Source: an uncultured Iamiaceae bacterium
Lineage (GTDB): Bacteria; Actinomycetota; Acidimicrobiia; Acidimicrobiales; Acidimicrobilacustridaceae
DNA length: 24,000 nt
Assembly (NCBI GenBank): GCA_963712065.1
Contig: CAVQGM010000002.1
Location: forward strand, 437,222 to 461,221
Direction of reading: 5' to 3'
The position numbers and the translations under genes are program-made. Under the pieces are notes generated by a model. That model had not been told where the DNA came from, made no database searches, and saw only the letters and a list, made by a program, of their open reading frames with translations. Each line of letters opens with the position of its first letter. Position 1 is the stretch's first letter. This document shows positions 6,839 through 16,700 of this stretch, piece by piece.

Positions 6839-7807
6839 TCATGACCAGTCGGACACCGAGTGACGCCACCGGAACGCCACCGCCGCGTCGAGGGTGGCCG
6901 GGATGCCGGTCAGGACGCTGGGGTACGTGGGCTCGAGTCCGAGCTCCTTCCACAGGCGGGTGCCGGTCACCGGCAGGTCGAGGTTCCAGCCCCGGACGGT
7001 GTCGACGCTCACGAGGGTCGGGCCCACCCGGCCGAGCAGGGCGCCGCCCACGGCGGCGGCCGCCGTCGCGAGCGAGGCCGGGACCCGAAGGACGTGGACG
7101 CGGGGTGCGTACGAGCTGAGGACGTCGAAGAACTCGTTCCAGGTCACGTTCCGCTGGTCGCCGATCGGGGCCGTGCCCGTCCAGCGCTGCTGCGCCGCGG
7201 CCACGAGCACCGCGGCGGCGTCGTCGACGTGGAGCTGGGCGAAACGGTTGGTGCCGTGGCCGGGGAAGACGACCAGTCGGCGCCGGACCAGCCCGAACAG
7301 GATGCTCTGCGGGCCGTACACGTGGGGCAGCCGCACCGAGGCCACGGTGGGGCCCCCGGCGGACGCGACCTCGTCGAGCGCCGACTCCGCCGCCAGCTTC
7401 GCCCGCCCGTAGCCGAGGCTCGGGCGAGCAGGCGTGTGGTCGTCCACCGGGGCGGAGCCGTCGTGGACGAACATGCTCGACCCGAACACGAGGTGGGCCA
7501 CGCCCGCGTCCGCAGCTGCCTGCGCCAGGCGAGCGGTGCCGTCCACCAGGGTCGGGCGGAGCCGGTCGTAGGGCTCGAACGTGGCCCGCCCGGCGAGGTG
7601 GATGATGGTGTCGACGCCTTCGACCGCCCGTCGCACCGAGGGCGCCGACAGCAGATCACCGTGGACGGGGTCCACGTCGAGCGGGGCGAGCAGCGGCGCC
7701 CGCCCCTCGCGTCGCACCATGACCCTCGGCCGCACGCCCTCGGCGTTGAGACGGCGCACGACCTCGATGCCGATGAAGCCGGTCGCGCCCGTCACGAGGA
7801 TCTGCAC
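6839..7807 (-). CDS. NAD-dependent epimerase/dehydratase family protein (extended SDR)
   Basis: I trimmed track ORF 6839..8011 to the GTG at 7807 (VQILVTGATGFIG...). Motifs: GxxGxxG (TGATGFIG) and the catalytic YxxxK (YGRAK). The longer N-terminus would overlap the divergent gene that starts at 7875. Confidence 0.85.
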   Translation of the reverse strand: MQILVTGATGFIGIEVVRRLNAEGVRPRVMVRREGRAPLLAPLDVDPVHGDLLSAPSVRRAVEGVDTIIHLAGRATFEPYDRLRPTLVDGTARLAQAAADAGVAHLVFGSSMFVHDGSAPVDDHTPARPSLGYGRAKLAAESALDEVASAGGPTVASVRLPHVYGPQSILFGLVRRRLVVFPGHGTNRFAQLHVDDAAAVLVAAAQQRWTGTAPIGDQRNVTWNEFFDVLSSYAPRVHVLRVPASLATAAAAVGGALLGRVGPTLVSVDTVRGWNLDLPVTGTRLWKELGLEPTYPSVLTGIPATLDAAVAFRWRHSVSDWS

Positions 7808-7874
7808 GACCCCAGGGTGGCACGGGTCCGGGCCGAGCGGGCACTCGACCGGGATGCGTGGAACGATGCCGTCG

Positions 7875-9284
7875 ATGGTCGACGCAGTCGTCATCGGGTC
7901 GGGACCGAACGGGCTGACCGCGGCCGTGACCCTGGCGCGACACGGGCGGTCCGTCACCGTGCTCGAGGCGGCCGACACGATCGGCGGGGGCTGCCGCTCT
8001 GCGGCGCTCACCCTGCCCGGCTACGTGCACGACGTCGGCGCCGCCATCCACGCGCTCGGCGCCGGCTCCCCGACGATGACCGCGCTGCCGCTCGAGCGCC
8101 ACGGCCTCGGTTGGATCCACCCCGAGATCCCGCTCGCCCACCCCCTCGACGGCGGGCGGGCGGCGGTGCTGCACCGGGCGCTCGAGCGCACGACGGCCGG
8201 ACTCGGCGACGACGGGGCCGCCTGGCGGCGCCTCTTCGAGCCTCTGGTCGCGGACTGGGACCGCCTCCTGCCGGGGGTGCTGGGCTCGGTGCTGTCGCGG
8301 CCCCGCCACCCGCTCGCCATGGCCCGGTTCGGGCTCGTCGCGGTGCCGCCGGCGTCGCTGGTGGTGCGCCGATTCGGCTCCGAGGAGGCCGCCGCGCTGT
8401 TCGGCGGCTGCGCCGCCCACGGGTTCCTCCCGCCGAGCCACCTGCTCACCTCGGCGTTCGGGACCCTCCTCGTCCTCAGCGCCCACGTGGTCGGCTGGCC
8501 CGTGGCCGCCGGCGGCTCCCAGGCCATCCCCGACGCGCTCGCCGCGCACCTGCGGGAGCTGGGGGGCACCATCGAGACCGGCCGACGCGTCGAGCGACTC
8601 TCGGAGTTGCCTCCCCACCGGGTCGTGCTGTTCGACACGAACCCGGCCCAGGTCGCCTCGATCGCCGCCGATCGGTTGCCGGCGCGCTTCCGGCGTCGCC
8701 TGCAGGAGTTCCGTCACGGCCCGGCGGCGTTCAAGCTCGACTACGCCCTCGACTCACCGGTGCCGTGGACCAACGAGGCGTGCCGACGAGCGGGGACCGT
8801 GCACGTGGGCGGCGGCGTCGCCGAGATGGCGTCTGCCGAGCGCGACGTGGCTCGTGGGCGCATGCCCGACCGTCCGTTCGTGCTGGTGGCCCAGCAGAGC
8901 CTCGCCGATCCCTCCCGTGCCCCCGCCGGGAAGCACACGTTGTGGGCCTACGCCCACGTGCCGCCCGGCTACTCGGGCGACGCCACCGATGCCATCGAAC
9001 GCCAGTTGGAGCGGTTCGCCCCCGGGTTCCGGGATGTCGTCCTGGCCCGACACGTCACCTCCCCGGCCGACTTCGCCGCCTCCAACCCGAACCTCGTCGG
9101 GGGCGACATCGCCGGAGGGGCGCACGACGGCCTCCAGTTGGTGCTCCGGCCGACCATCCGCACCCACGGGACGCCCGACCCGAGCCTGCTGCTGTGCTCG
9201 GCCTCGACGCCGCCGGGCGGAGGCGTCCACGGCGCGTGCGGTGAGGCGGCGGCACGACGGGCCCTCGCCGGGCCGCTGCGATGA
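7875..9284 (+). CDS. NAD(P)/FAD-dependent oxidoreductase, phytoene desaturase (CrtI)-related family
   Basis: I trimmed track ORF 7581..9284 to the ATG at 7875 (MVDAVVIGSGPNGLTAAVTLARHGRSVTVLEAADTIGGG, a dinucleotide-binding fold). The C-terminal ..STPPGGGVHGACG.. is typical of COG1233-type CrtI-like enzymes. It is divergent from the epimerase across a 67-bp spacer. Confidence 0.85.
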   Translation: MVDAVVIGSGPNGLTAAVTLARHGRSVTVLEAADTIGGGCRSAALTLPGYVHDVGAAIHALGAGSPTMTALPLERHGLGWIHPEIPLAHPLDGGRAAVLHRALERTTAGLGDDGAAWRRLFEPLVADWDRLLPGVLGSVLSRPRHPLAMARFGLVAVPPASLVVRRFGSEEAAALFGGCAAHGFLPPSHLLTSAFGTLLVLSAHVVGWPVAAGGSQAIPDALAAHLRELGGTIETGRRVERLSELPPHRVVLFDTNPAQVASIAADRLPARFRRRLQEFRHGPAAFKLDYALDSPVPWTNEACRRAGTVHVGGGVAEMASAERDVARGRMPDRPFVLVAQQSLADPSRAPAGKHTLWAYAHVPPGYSGDATDAIERQLERFAPGFRDVVLARHVTSPADFAASNPNLVGGDIAGGAHDGLQLVLRPTIRTHGTPDPSLLLCSASTPPGGGVHGACGEAAARRALAGPLR

Positions 9285-9309
9285 GCGGTCGGCGGCACCC
9301 CCGGCGGGG

Positions 9310-10071
9310 TCAGTCGGCCAGGGTGCCGGCGTAGACCTGCCAGGCGAGGGCGCTCTTGGCCACCAGACTGAGCACGAGATACACCTTCTCACCGAACAGG
9401 TAGTCGGCGAATCGTCCTCGGCGCCGGTACTGCAGCCACTGGTTGAGGGCGAAGCAGTTGAACAGCAGGAACAGCGAGACGAAGATCCCGTAGACGAACC
9501 CGGGAACGCCGTCGCCTTCCTGTTGCGAGGTGAGCAACGCGATCCCGATCGCGACCCATGGCACGATGCCGACGAGGCACCCGAACACGAACGGCCACCA
9601 GTCGACACGGCCGTCGCGGCCGTTGACCCGCTCCATCAGCAGCCCGAACAGGATCATCGCGGCGTTGACGGCGAACAGCCCGATGAGGGCGTAGAGGTTG
9701 GTGATGCCGGGCAGCATCGCGATGAGCACGATCATCACCGAGGCGCTGATCGAGTACTCGATCCATCGGGCGTAGTTGACGCCACGCCCGAGATGGCGCT
9801 CGTACCAGGAGACGATGCCCGGAGTGGCCATCAGCAGGTGGTCCACCGCCGCCAGGAACAGGAACAGGGCGATCGCCAGGGAGAACCGGACGTCGAAGAA
9901 GACCTTCTCGACGGTCAGCGCCGTGCCGGGCGGGCCGGTCTGGACCGGCGCCACCACGGGGATGGCGAAGTCGTTGCTGATCGCCACGATGACGACCGCC
10001 TGGACCAGGTGCACCACGCCGACACCGGTGTTCCAGCGGCGCAGCGACCTCAGCTGAGGGTCGTCGGACAC
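9310..10071 (-). CDS. Heliorhodopsin (7-TM retinal protein with inverted topology)
   Basis: 253 aa with a GTG start. Block-by-block similarity to heliorhodopsin 48C12 as I recall it: LRRWN..GVVHLVQ, NDFAIP, GPPGT, RWIEYSISASVMIVLIA, FAVNAAMILFG, GIVPW, VPGFVYGIFVSLFLLFNCFALNQWLQY, YLVLSLVAKSALAWQVYAGTL. The putative Schiff-base Lys is K239, the counterion is E105, and the conserved His residues are H21 and H78. Confidence 0.9.
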   Translation of the reverse strand: MSDDPQLRSLRRWNTGVGVVHLVQAVVIVAISNDFAIPVVAPVQTGPPGTALTVEKVFFDVRFSLAIALFLFLAAVDHLLMATPGIVSWYERHLGRGVNYARWIEYSISASVMIVLIAMLPGITNLYALIGLFAVNAAMILFGLLMERVNGRDGRVDWWPFVFGCLVGIVPWVAIGIALLTSQQEGDGVPGFVYGIFVSLFLLFNCFALNQWLQYRRRGRFADYLFGEKVYLVLSLVAKSALAWQVYAGTLAD

Positions 10072-10176
10072 GACGACGACGCTAGCCGAGGCGCCTCACC
10101 GGGATCGGAGCGCCGGGGTCGGTCCGGTGCCGTCGGGTGGGGTCGGCCGGAGCATCGCCGGTACGGTCCGCGCACG

Positions 10177-10932
10177 ATGATCGGCCCATCGGAGCTGCCC
10201 ATTCCCTCCCCGACGGGGGAGCCCGTCAGGCGTGCGGTCATGGTCCAGCACTGGGCCGATGTGGTCTTCGCCCACTGGCGCTACGACCCCGACGTCGTGC
10301 AGCGACTGCTCCCCCCGGGCGTGTCCGTCGACGTGCACGACGGCTCGGCCTGGGTGGCGCTGGTGCCGTTCCGCATGGAGCGTCTCGGGCTCCCCGGCCT
10401 GGCGCCGCTGCCGTTCGTCGGCCGGTTCCCCGAGATCAACGTACGGACCTACGTCCTCGCCGGAGGCCGGCGCGGGGTCTGGTTCTTCTCGCTCGACGTC
10501 GACCTGTTCCTGCCGACGATCGTGGCCCGCACCGTCTACCGCCTGCCGTACTGCTACGGGCGCACCGACCACGTCCGGGTCGCCGATGTCGTCACGACAC
10601 GGGTCGAGCGCCGCTGGCCCCGCTCGACGCTCCCGGCGGCGGCCGCGATGGTCGTGCGCACCGGCGCGGCGATCGAGCCCGACGACACCGTCCAGTTCCT
10701 GACCTCGCGATGGGGACTCGTGTCCGCCGGTCGGCGAGGCGGGCTCCGGTACGCCGCGGTGAGCCATCCGCGATGGCCCCTCCACCACGCCGAGGTGGTG
10801 CACCTCGACGAGGGGCTCGTCACCGCTGCCGGCCTTCCCGCGCCGCACGGCCCACCACATCTGTTGTGGTCGCCCGGCGTCGACGTGCGGGTCGGGCCGC
10901 CCCGGCGCATCGCCGGCCGCTCCGGGCGCTGA
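10177..10932 (+). CDS. DUF2071 (YqjF-like) domain protein
   Basis: These are the last 251 codons of track ORF 8854..10932, starting at the ATG at 10177 (MIGPSELPIPSPTGEPVRRAVMVQHWADVVFAHWRYDP..). The pattern W.D..F.HW......LLP.G...D...G.AWV.LVPF.M and ..FPE.NVRTYV.. is typical of DUF2071. It is divergent from the heliorhodopsin gene across a 105-bp spacer. Confidence 0.75.
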   Translation: MIGPSELPIPSPTGEPVRRAVMVQHWADVVFAHWRYDPDVVQRLLPPGVSVDVHDGSAWVALVPFRMERLGLPGLAPLPFVGRFPEINVRTYVLAGGRRGVWFFSLDVDLFLPTIVARTVYRLPYCYGRTDHVRVADVVTTRVERRWPRSTLPAAAAMVVRTGAAIEPDDTVQFLTSRWGLVSAGRRGGLRYAAVSHPRWPLHHAEVVHLDEGLVTAAGLPAPHGPPHLLWSPGVDVRVGPPRRIAGRSGR

Positions 10933-10958
10933 ACGACGCACGCGGGGCGGGACGCGGC

Positions 10959-11723
10959 TCAGCGCGCACGGGCGAGCCGCTGGAGCTCGTCGAGGGTGGC
11001 GCCGGGCCGACCGACGAGCGAGCGGACGCCTTCGCGCTCGAGGCGCGTCGCGGTCTCCGCCGCCGAGCGCGCCGCGTCGGTCGTGGTGACCGTGAGGACG
11101 GCGAGGTCGACGTCGTGCTCGTGGCAGAACCGGACGAACTCGTCGCCGGGCATGTCGGCGCCCAGGTGGTGCACCCGCCAGTTGTCCTCGCGCAGCGCGG
11201 CGGCGGCCATGGCGGTGGGGAGGGCATGGCGGTCGCCCGACATCGCGGCGACGACGGCGGTGCCCCGGCGTCGTCCCCGCGGCGTCGGGTGGTGGTCGCC
11301 GAGGATCTGCTGGACGATGGCCGAGGCGCGGTGCTCGACCCAGATGGGCAGTCGGCCGGCGTGCCACTCGGCGCCGATGTGGCGCAGCGCCGGGACCAGC
11401 AGCTCCTGGGCGACGGTCGTGAGCGGCACCCCGTCGTCGATCAGTGCGCCTGCCAGCCGTCGGGCGGTGCGCTCGTCACCGTCCACGAGCGCGTCGAGCA
11501 TCTGTCGGCCGAGCGGCTCGAACCCGCCGCGGGGCCGGCGCGGCCGGGGTCTGACGGGAGCCGAGCGGCGGGCTCCGAACGCGTCGACGGCGTTCGGGTC
11601 CAACAGGTAGCGACCCCCGACCATCTCGGCGGGGAGCCGTCCCGAGCGGACCCACTTGTAGGCGGTCTGGTAGTGGACGCCGAGCCGGTCGGCCGCCGTC
11701 TGCAGATCGATCCGAGGGTCCAC
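10959..11723 (-). CDS. CarH/LitR-like cobalamin-binding transcriptional regulator (excisionase/MerR-type HTH plus B12-binding domain)
   Basis: 254 aa. The N-terminal HTH is DLQTAADRLGVHYQTAYKWVRSGRLPAEMVGGRYLLD. The four-helix-bundle signature Wx9EH is present as W120-HAGRLPIWV-E130-H131. The lower-axial-ligand motif is VVAAMSGDRHALPTAMAAAALRE (H165), followed by a Rossmann-like HHLGADMP. Confidence 0.8.
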   Translation of the reverse strand: MDPRIDLQTAADRLGVHYQTAYKWVRSGRLPAEMVGGRYLLDPNAVDAFGARRSAPVRPRPRRPRGGFEPLGRQMLDALVDGDERTARRLAGALIDDGVPLTTVAQELLVPALRHIGAEWHAGRLPIWVEHRASAIVQQILGDHHPTPRGRRRGTAVVAAMSGDRHALPTAMAAAALREDNWRVHHLGADMPGDEFVRFCHEHDVDLAVLTVTTTDAARSAAETATRLEREGVRSLVGRPGATLDELQRLARAR

Positions 11724-11789
11724 GACCCGAGGATACGGCAGGACGCAAATGCGCGCTGAAGTGGGCTAAGGGCGCCCGGACGCGGCTTG

Positions 11790-11975
11790 CTCGGGGAGAC
11801 GTCTTCGTTCGTGGCCGACGGGCGGCCCTTCAACGAGGGCTACCGGTACGTGGACTGGCTCCTCACCGTGCTGCTGCTGCTCGCCGCGCTGGTGCTCGTG
11901 CTCAATCTGGCGAAGGCACCACCCGGAACCTGCTGGTCGAGCTGACCGTCGCCGTGCCCGCGCTAGGGTTCCGGG
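11790..11975 (+). pseudogene. Relic of a type-1 (xanthorhodopsin/actinorhodopsin-like) microbial rhodopsin: helix C and part of helix D only
   Basis: In nominally intergenic DNA, one frame (11817 onward) reads DGRPFNEGYRYVDWLLTVLLLLAALVLVLNLAK with ~100% GC3. This matches the helix-C hallmark FNDAYRYVDWLLTVPLL.VELVLV of xanthorhodopsin and Gloeobacter rhodopsin, but the Pro and the donor Glu are lost. It hits a stop at 11941-11943. After a frameshift it continues TRNLLVELTVAVPALGF, which resembles helix D (R.LL.KLTVA). Helices A, B and E-G, including the Schiff-base Lys, are missing. Confidence 0.6.
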
Positions 11976-11995
11976 ACTCCGTGGAAGGGACCCTC

Positions 11996-12757
11996 ATGCG
12001 TCGTGCCGTCATCGCGTTCTTCGCCGTTGCGCTGCTGGCGATCGGGCTCGCGCCCGCGGCGGGGGCGGGTGGCAGCAGCTTCAGCGTCACCCCGAACCCG
12101 GCGGCACCCGGCGACGAGATCACCTTCGTCGGCACCTGCCTCCCGGGCGACGAAGTGCTGTTCGGGTTCGGCACCACCGAGGCCCCCGAGGTGTCCGACG
12201 AGACGACGGCCGACGGGTCCGGCAACTGGACCGGGTCGCTGGTGATCCCCGCCGACACGGAGCCCGGTGACTACGTCGTCGGCGCGGAGTGCGAGTCCGA
12301 CGAGACCGTCTCGTTCCAGGACTTCCGGGTCGTCGCCGCAGGGCGCATCGTCCTCTTGAAGACGGTGAGCACCACGCCGGACGAGTGTGGCACCGAGCGT
12401 GAGATCGTCGTCCCCAAGGGCACGAAGGTCTACTACTGCTACGCGGTGACCAACGAGACCGAGTTCACGCTCGACGTCCACACCCTCACCGACGACGAGC
12501 TCGGCACCATCTTCACCGACCTCGAGTACGACCTGGCTCCCGGGGCGAGCGTCGACACGGTGGCCGCCGGCGTGGAGGCTTCCGCCGTGATCGACGAGAC
12601 CACCATCAACGGCGCGGTCTGGACGGCGGAGGGGGTCATCCCCGGTGGGCCGGCGGTCAGCTACGAGGCCGATGCCGGGGCCGTGGTGACGGTGGCCGCC
12701 ACCCCGACGACGGCCGCCGCGGCGGCCGCCGCGGTGACGCCCCGCTTCACCGGCTGA
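11996..12757 (+). CDS. Secreted protein with an Ig-like N-domain and a DUF11/TIGR01451-like conserved repeat domain
   Basis: I trimmed track ORF 11954..12757 to M15 (MRRAVIAFFAVALLAIGLAPAAGAGG, a signal peptide) with a GGAAGGG SD 6-7 nt upstream. The repeat-domain pattern is KVYYCYAVTNETEFTLDVHTLTDDELG...LAPGAS. The C-terminus is Ala/Thr-rich. Confidence 0.75.
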   Translation: MRRAVIAFFAVALLAIGLAPAAGAGGSSFSVTPNPAAPGDEITFVGTCLPGDEVLFGFGTTEAPEVSDETTADGSGNWTGSLVIPADTEPGDYVVGAECESDETVSFQDFRVVAAGRIVLLKTVSTTPDECGTEREIVVPKGTKVYYCYAVTNETEFTLDVHTLTDDELGTIFTDLEYDLAPGASVDTVAAGVEASAVIDETTINGAVWTAEGVIPGGPAVSYEADAGAVVTVAATPTTAAAAAAAVTPRFTG

Positions 12758-12815
12758 CCCGGGCCCGAGGGCCGATCGCCCCTACCGAGGCGCCGGGCCG
12801 CGCTCGTATCGTCGG

Positions 12816-14899
<2,084 letters not shown>

Positions 14900-14903
<4 letters not shown>

Positions 14904-16582
14904 GCGCGCCGATGCGGGCGCTCGGGGTCGACTACGACGGCACGCTGGCCACCGAGGGCCCGCCCGCCGCTGCGGTGCTGGCCACCCTCGACGTCGCCCG
15001 GCGACGGGGACTGCGCGTCGTGATCGTGACCGGGCGCATCCTCGACGAGCTGCGCGAGGTGTTCCCGGGCGTCGACGACCACGCCGACGCCATCGTGGCC
15101 GAGAACGGTGCCGTCGTCACCGACGGGGGCGACCACCGTCGGCTGGCCGAGCCGGTGGACCCCGAGCTCGACGCGGCGTTGGCCGCCGGGGGTGCGACGT
15201 TCCGGCGCGGCGAGGTGCTCATCGCCACCACCGCCGAGCACGAGGCCCTCCTGGCGTCGGCGATCCGACGGCTCGGGTTGGACCACCAGCTGGTCCGCAA
15301 CCGCGGTGAGCTGATGGTCCTGCCCGCCGGGGTGACCAAGGCCACCGGGTTGCTGGAGGCCCTGGCCGACCTGGGGGTGTCGCGCCACGACGTCGTGGCG
15401 GTGGGCGACGCCGAGAACGACCTCGCCCTCCTGGCCGTGGCCGAGGTGGGCGCCGCCGTGGCCAACGCGGTGGACAGCGTGCGGGCCCGGGCCGACGTCG
15501 TGCTGCGTTCCGCCGACGGTGAGGGGGTGCGCGAGCTGCTGGCCGAGCCGTTCTTCGGCCGCATCCGGGAGCGGCAGTCTCCTCGCCGCCAGGTCGTGGT
15601 GGGTCACGATCAGCGGGGCCACGCGGTGCGGATGCCGACGTCGGCCAACATCCTCGTGACCGGGCAGGCCGGCTCCGGCAAGTCCTACGTGGCCGGCCTG
15701 ATCGCCGAGCAGCTGATCCGGGCCGAGTACAGCCTGCTGATCGTCGATCCCGAGGGCGACTACCACGACCTGCGGTCGGTGCCGAACGTGGTGACCGTCG
15801 GGGGTGACGGGCCGCTGCCGTCGCCCGGTGAGCTGCTGGAGCTGTTCCATCGGCGCAGCACCAGCGTCGTCGTCGACCTGTCGAGCCACGACCACGCGGC
15901 GCGCCAGCGGTTCCTCGCCGACGTGCCCCCGGTCGTCCAGACGCACCGGATCGTCACCGGCGTCCCGCACTGGATCCTCGTCGACGAGGCCCACGAGGCA
16001 CTGGGATGGGAGGGGGCGGCGCTGCCGTTCTTCCGTCGCGAGGTCACCGGCTTCATCCTCGTCAGCTACGAGCCCCGCCGGCTGGCCGACGAGGTGCTCG
16101 GCTCGGTCCAGTTCGAGGTGCTGCTCCCCGGCACGGCGCGGGCGCCCGCCGAGGGCGAGGACCCTCGAGGAGCCGAGCCCCCGCGGGTGGTGGTGTTGCC
16201 CCGCGACGGCGAGCCGGTCCTCGTGCACCTGGTGCCCCGGCACACGGGCCACATCCGGCACTGGCACAAGTACCTGGCCGGGCAGATCCCTCCGGCGCAG
16301 CGCTTCTACTGGCGATCGGAGCCCGACGAGTCCCTCGGGTGGGCGGCCACCAACCTCACCGAGTTCCACCGCCAGCTCACCCGGGTCGACGCGTCCGCGG
16401 TACGGCACCATGCCTGCGGCCACGACTTCTCCCGCTGGTTCCGAGGTGTCCTCGGTGACGCGGTGCTGGCGGCGCGGGCGCTCGAGATCGAGAGCCGGCT
16501 CCATCCGTCCGATGCCGTCGAGGTGGTCGACGCGGCGCGGACGGCGCTGCTGAAGGCGATCGAGGACCGCTACCTGGATTGA
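14900..16582 (+). CDS. Fusion protein: HAD-IIB (Cof/SPP-like) phosphatase domain, HerA/DUF87-like P-loop ATPase domain, and an unassigned C-terminal domain
   Basis: These are the last 560 codons of track ORF 14258..16582. The GTG at 14900 overlaps the glgX stop (GTGA), and a GGGAGGG SD lies 8 nt upstream. HAD motif I is GVDYDGTL and motif IV is [11 protein letters not shown]. Walker A is [12 protein letters not shown], followed by [13 protein letters not shown], and Walker B is [11 protein letters not shown]. The ~130-aa C-terminus contains HIRHWHKY...[12 protein letters not shown]. Confidence 0.8.
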
Positions 16583-16700
16583 TCGGTTCGGTCTCGAGAT
16601 CCCGCCGTCCGGAGGCAGGGCGCGCTCCTGGCTTTGTGCTCTGGCGGTCACCAGGACGGCGGGGCCACGATCGGGGTGGTTCTCGTGCCCGGAGGTCGTG

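Noticed and set aside
8854-10176. The long N-terminal extension of the DUF2071 ORF (track ORF 8854..10932, 692 aa).
   Set aside because: The first ~440 codons overlap the CrtI-like gene out of frame and run antisense through the whole heliorhodopsin gene. Recognisable DUF2071 sequence and good GC3 begin only near the ATG at 10177.
10072-10176. A search for CarH/LitR-type operators (repeated nAnnTnnACAn-like half sites or a long inverted repeat) in the HeR/DUF2071 spacer, and likewise in 11724-11800.
   Set aside because: There is no convincing repeat or palindrome, only short CCGG-type self-complementary bits that are expected at this GC content. I have no basis for calling a regulatory site.
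12700-12757. The C-terminal ..TPTTAAAAAAAVTPRFTG* of the secreted protein as a sortase or other cell-wall sorting signal.
   Set aside because: There is no LPXTG-like motif followed by a hydrophobic helix and basic tail. The sequence simply ends after the Ala-rich stretch.
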